From Azolla caroliniana (Eukaryota; Plantae; Polypodiophyta): DNA of 64,000 bases. Shown here in pieces: positions 61,016-64,000 of this stretch. The position numbers and the translations under genes are program-made. Location: NCBI GenBank assembly GCA_043228905.1, contig JBHGNT010000010.1, forward strand, positions 18,104,001 to 18,168,000, given 5' to 3'. The notes under the pieces were generated by a model. That model did not search any database, was not told the DNA's origin, and saw only the letters and a program-made list of their open reading frames with translations. How positions within the stretch are numbered: position 1 is the stretch's first letter; each line of letters opens with the position of its first letter.

Positions 61016-64000
61016 TGTCGTGAAGAAAACCGTCCCTTAGCGCAATCGGTGCATAGAGCGCGTGAACCAGCTCTTCACGCGTGCGCGCCCTTAATGTATA
61101 TAGTAGGGAATTAGGTACATAGGTATATCCTGGGTAGTTAGATTCGGTAGGTAGGAAGTAAATGAGGGAGACGGCTCCCTTCTTGACGCTATAAAGGAGA
61201 GGGAGACGTAGGGAGAAGGGATCGCGCATTGAGGAGGACGAAGTGCTGTCGGACCGTAACCGAACGCTTCTCCTCTGTTTGTTCTCTGTTGCTCTTCTCT
61301 GTAGGTTTTCGGGAGGCTCGCGCTGCTTCGAGGAACGCCCGTGTGCTTCCGGCAGCACCTCCATCCTACCCCCTTTCGTGTGCAGACGAACAAGCATGAC
61401 ATCTGTTTGCCGGCCTGTTCGGTTGTAACCGCTCGCGTGCTCTGTTGTTTTTGGTGTCATATGTTAATATACAAACATTCGTGTTTCTCTGTCTCTGTGC
61501 CCATTCGTGTTTTCTGCGTTGACGGGCCGTGCCCCTATGTTTCTTTGCTCATACGTAACCGGTTGTCTCTCTCTTTCTCTTTTCCCTCCTATCACCTGCT
61601 CTTCGGTTCGAGACCCTGGTGGTCCCGGCTCGTTTCTCCACGCACGCGCGTAGCAACGCGACATCTTTGGTGAACCCGACGTGAACAAGGCGGCAGAGGA
61701 GCAGAAGATGAGGGGGTCGGATCTTGTAGAGGCCATGGCTTCGGCCGTGGACCGGATAGTGGGCGCGCAAGGGCACCGGCGCCCTTGACAGGGCTATTGA
61801 GGCGATCGTCGGTATGATCGGCCGGTTCAGTGGAAAGGATGCCACGAGTTATTTGGCGTCCTACCGGGCGGAGATGTTGATGAGGGATATTCCGGAGGAG
61901 AGGCGTCTTGCCGGATTCCCTCGAGTGGCGATGCCGGGCATCCATGCGGAGGTGCTCGAGGTCCGGGCGGAGAGCCGGACCTGGGAGGAGTTCGAAGGAC
62001 GGCTCCTGGAGAAATACGGGCTGGATGACGCGCTTCGACTTTCGAAGCGGGGCTTCATGGAGTGGGTGGAGTCCCCCGACAAAGGAAGAAATGCGTCGGC
62101 ACTCCTCCGAGAGTTTGAGGATCGCTTTGCGCGCCTTTCGGCGCTCGATCAGACCGTTCTAGACACAAGTCGTGTCCTACTGTTTGTCAAATCGGTTGAC
62201 GCACGGGATCGGGAGCAAGTGGGCTCCTTACTGGAAACCGAAGACGGGCTGACGGTCGACTGGGCTGCAGTAAAAAGAGTCTGCGGTCGTTTTGACAAAC
62301 GGTGGGAGTGGGCTGATATAGGGGCGACCGGGGCGGGTCCTGTTGTAGCAATGAATCTTGAACCGATACCGCAGGCGCGACGGGAAGAGACCCGGGAGTG
62401 GCTCGAAACCGGTTCGGCTTCGACCGATGTGGTCAGAGGCTCGTCCGGGGGGACAACTTTGGAGAAGTTGACACGGGCGGTAAAGGATCTCCAGATCGCC
62501 CAAGCTCAGAGGGAAGGTGGCGAACAGGCTCGTGACCGACGGCCTTTGGCAGGAAATAGGTGCATGTGGTGCGACGAGGTCGGCCACATCCGGAAAGACC
62601 ACGGGGACTTTGCGGAGGCTTTGAGAAGCCGGGTAGTGTACCTATGGGAGGGTCGGGTGCACGCCAGCGATACCCGGAGGGCGTTGAACCGAAACGACGG
62701 GCGAGGAGGAATGAAAAGGCTGATGGAAGAGGCGGCGGCCTGGCACGCGGAGACCGTCCACTACTCAGCGTCGGCCGGTATTCGGGTCGGAGGCAGCGAG
62801 GCCCGGAAGGAGAGCAAAGCCGGGTTTTGGCCGACGGTGCTGGAAGGCCTCGCCGGTGCCCGACTAAAGAAAGACGGGGCGGACCACGCGGAGAAGCGGG
62901 TCCAGGGGGTAACCGGGTGGAGTGACCCAATCGAAGAAAAGATGGGTTTCGTAGAAGCAGCTTGCCAGAACTACGAGGCTCTAGTTGAAGTCAAACGGGT
63001 AGGTAAAACCGGAGGGGCCAGACCCTCACAAAGATACGAAACCCGATTCGGGCCGAAACGGAACGAGGCCTGTGAGTCCAATGCCCGGGATAACCACAAG
63101 AAGGGCGGATACCGTTTGGGCACGGAGATCGAAAGGACCACGAACTTACGAAAGGTCCTGGAAGAACGAATCCTCGACAGCAAGGTGGAACTGTCGTTGC
63201 AGGAGGTGCTCGGAATCGCCAAGAAGGAGTTCCATGACTCCATCGTAGACTTGGTGAAGAGGAAGAGGCTGTCGACGGAGGCAGAACCGGAAAGGCCGGT
63301 GGAGGTGCGGACGACGCACATAGAGGACATGGCGCTGGAAGACGAGTGGGCGGAGAGCCACTATTCGAGGCCACACTGGGCCCGAGCGACCACGGAAACC
63401 CCGGTGAAGATCGGAGATGTTCAGGAACCGGTGGTGGCGCTGGTGGACCACGGTTCGGAAATAAACCTGATGTCCATGGATTTCTACAAGAAGGGGAAAT
63501 GGCCGATCAACACTAAGCACGGGTGGAAGATACGGGCGGCGACGCGCGCCACCGAGGAACGACACGGGGCCTGCCCAAACGTGCGAGTCAAGATCGGCGA
63601 CATCGAGATAGACCAACACTTCTTTGTGCAGGAGACGTCCTCGCACCCGGTCATACTGGGAGAACCGTACATTACGACAGCGTGGATGGAGACCAAGGTG
63701 CTGGACAAGGGGTCGGCTTACGCAAGGGTCAAGAGTCAGGACGGGCGTCATTCGGTCCAATTCCTGACGGTGCGACCGAACCACGAGCGAAACCGCGAGT
63801 CCCTCGGTGGCGAGAACCGAGAGGATTTTTAGAGAGGGCTGTCAAGGCGTGGGGCCGCGACAGTCCGGACAGTCCGGGAAAACCCCACAAATGTACGATA
63901 GAGGCGAAACCGAAGAAACCTTGTACCATAAGTAGGAAGTTTTGTTTCTCCGACAACAGAGGGTGTACGATAGTCGGCGTCGTAGGCCGAGAAAAGACAA
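61016..64000 (+). mobile_element. 5' part of a second tRNA-Trp-primed gypsy element; LTR 61016-61663, PBS 61668-61685
   Basis: TGTCGTGAAG...CGCGACA; PBS TGGTGAACCCGACGTGAA; gag-pro homologous to 46132-48258. Confidence 0.92.
61708..63832 (+). pseudogene. gag-protease ORF (frameshift near 61770; long frame 61814-63832)
   Basis: CMWCDEVGHIRKDH; LVDHGSEINLM; ends GGENREDF* exactly as the other copy does. Confidence 0.88.

Overview
Eukaryotic plant genomic DNA; the retroelement types suggest a fern or other non-seed plant (inference). The first ~17 kb holds two convergent intron-containing genes: a 20-exon RAD5A-like HIRAN/SNF2/RING gene (+, 44-8415) and a DUF1639-family gene (-, ~14738-11750). 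The rest is a nested retrotransposon block. It contains a decayed Ty1/copia (22404-28063), a LINE relic, and a large Athila/Selgy-like Ty3/gypsy host (from 29605, running out of the window). Inserted into that host are an intact Ty1/copia with apparently identical LTRs (32106-37576), a truncated copia, a copia solo LTR, and several members of an unusual tRNA-Trp-primed Ty3/gypsy family. Four points stand out. (1) All five insertions of the Trp-primed family have 4-bp target sites centred on CpG (NCGN). (2) That family has a conserved GGATTTT heptamer plus pseudoknot, a likely -1 frameshift signal placed after the protease (gag-pro / RT-RH-IN). (3) The host gypsy has a second retropepsin domain in frame behind the integrase. 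(4) The host also has an array of about 11 hairpins just before a splice acceptor that leads into an extra 3' ORF. All calls were made by eye; no searches were run.
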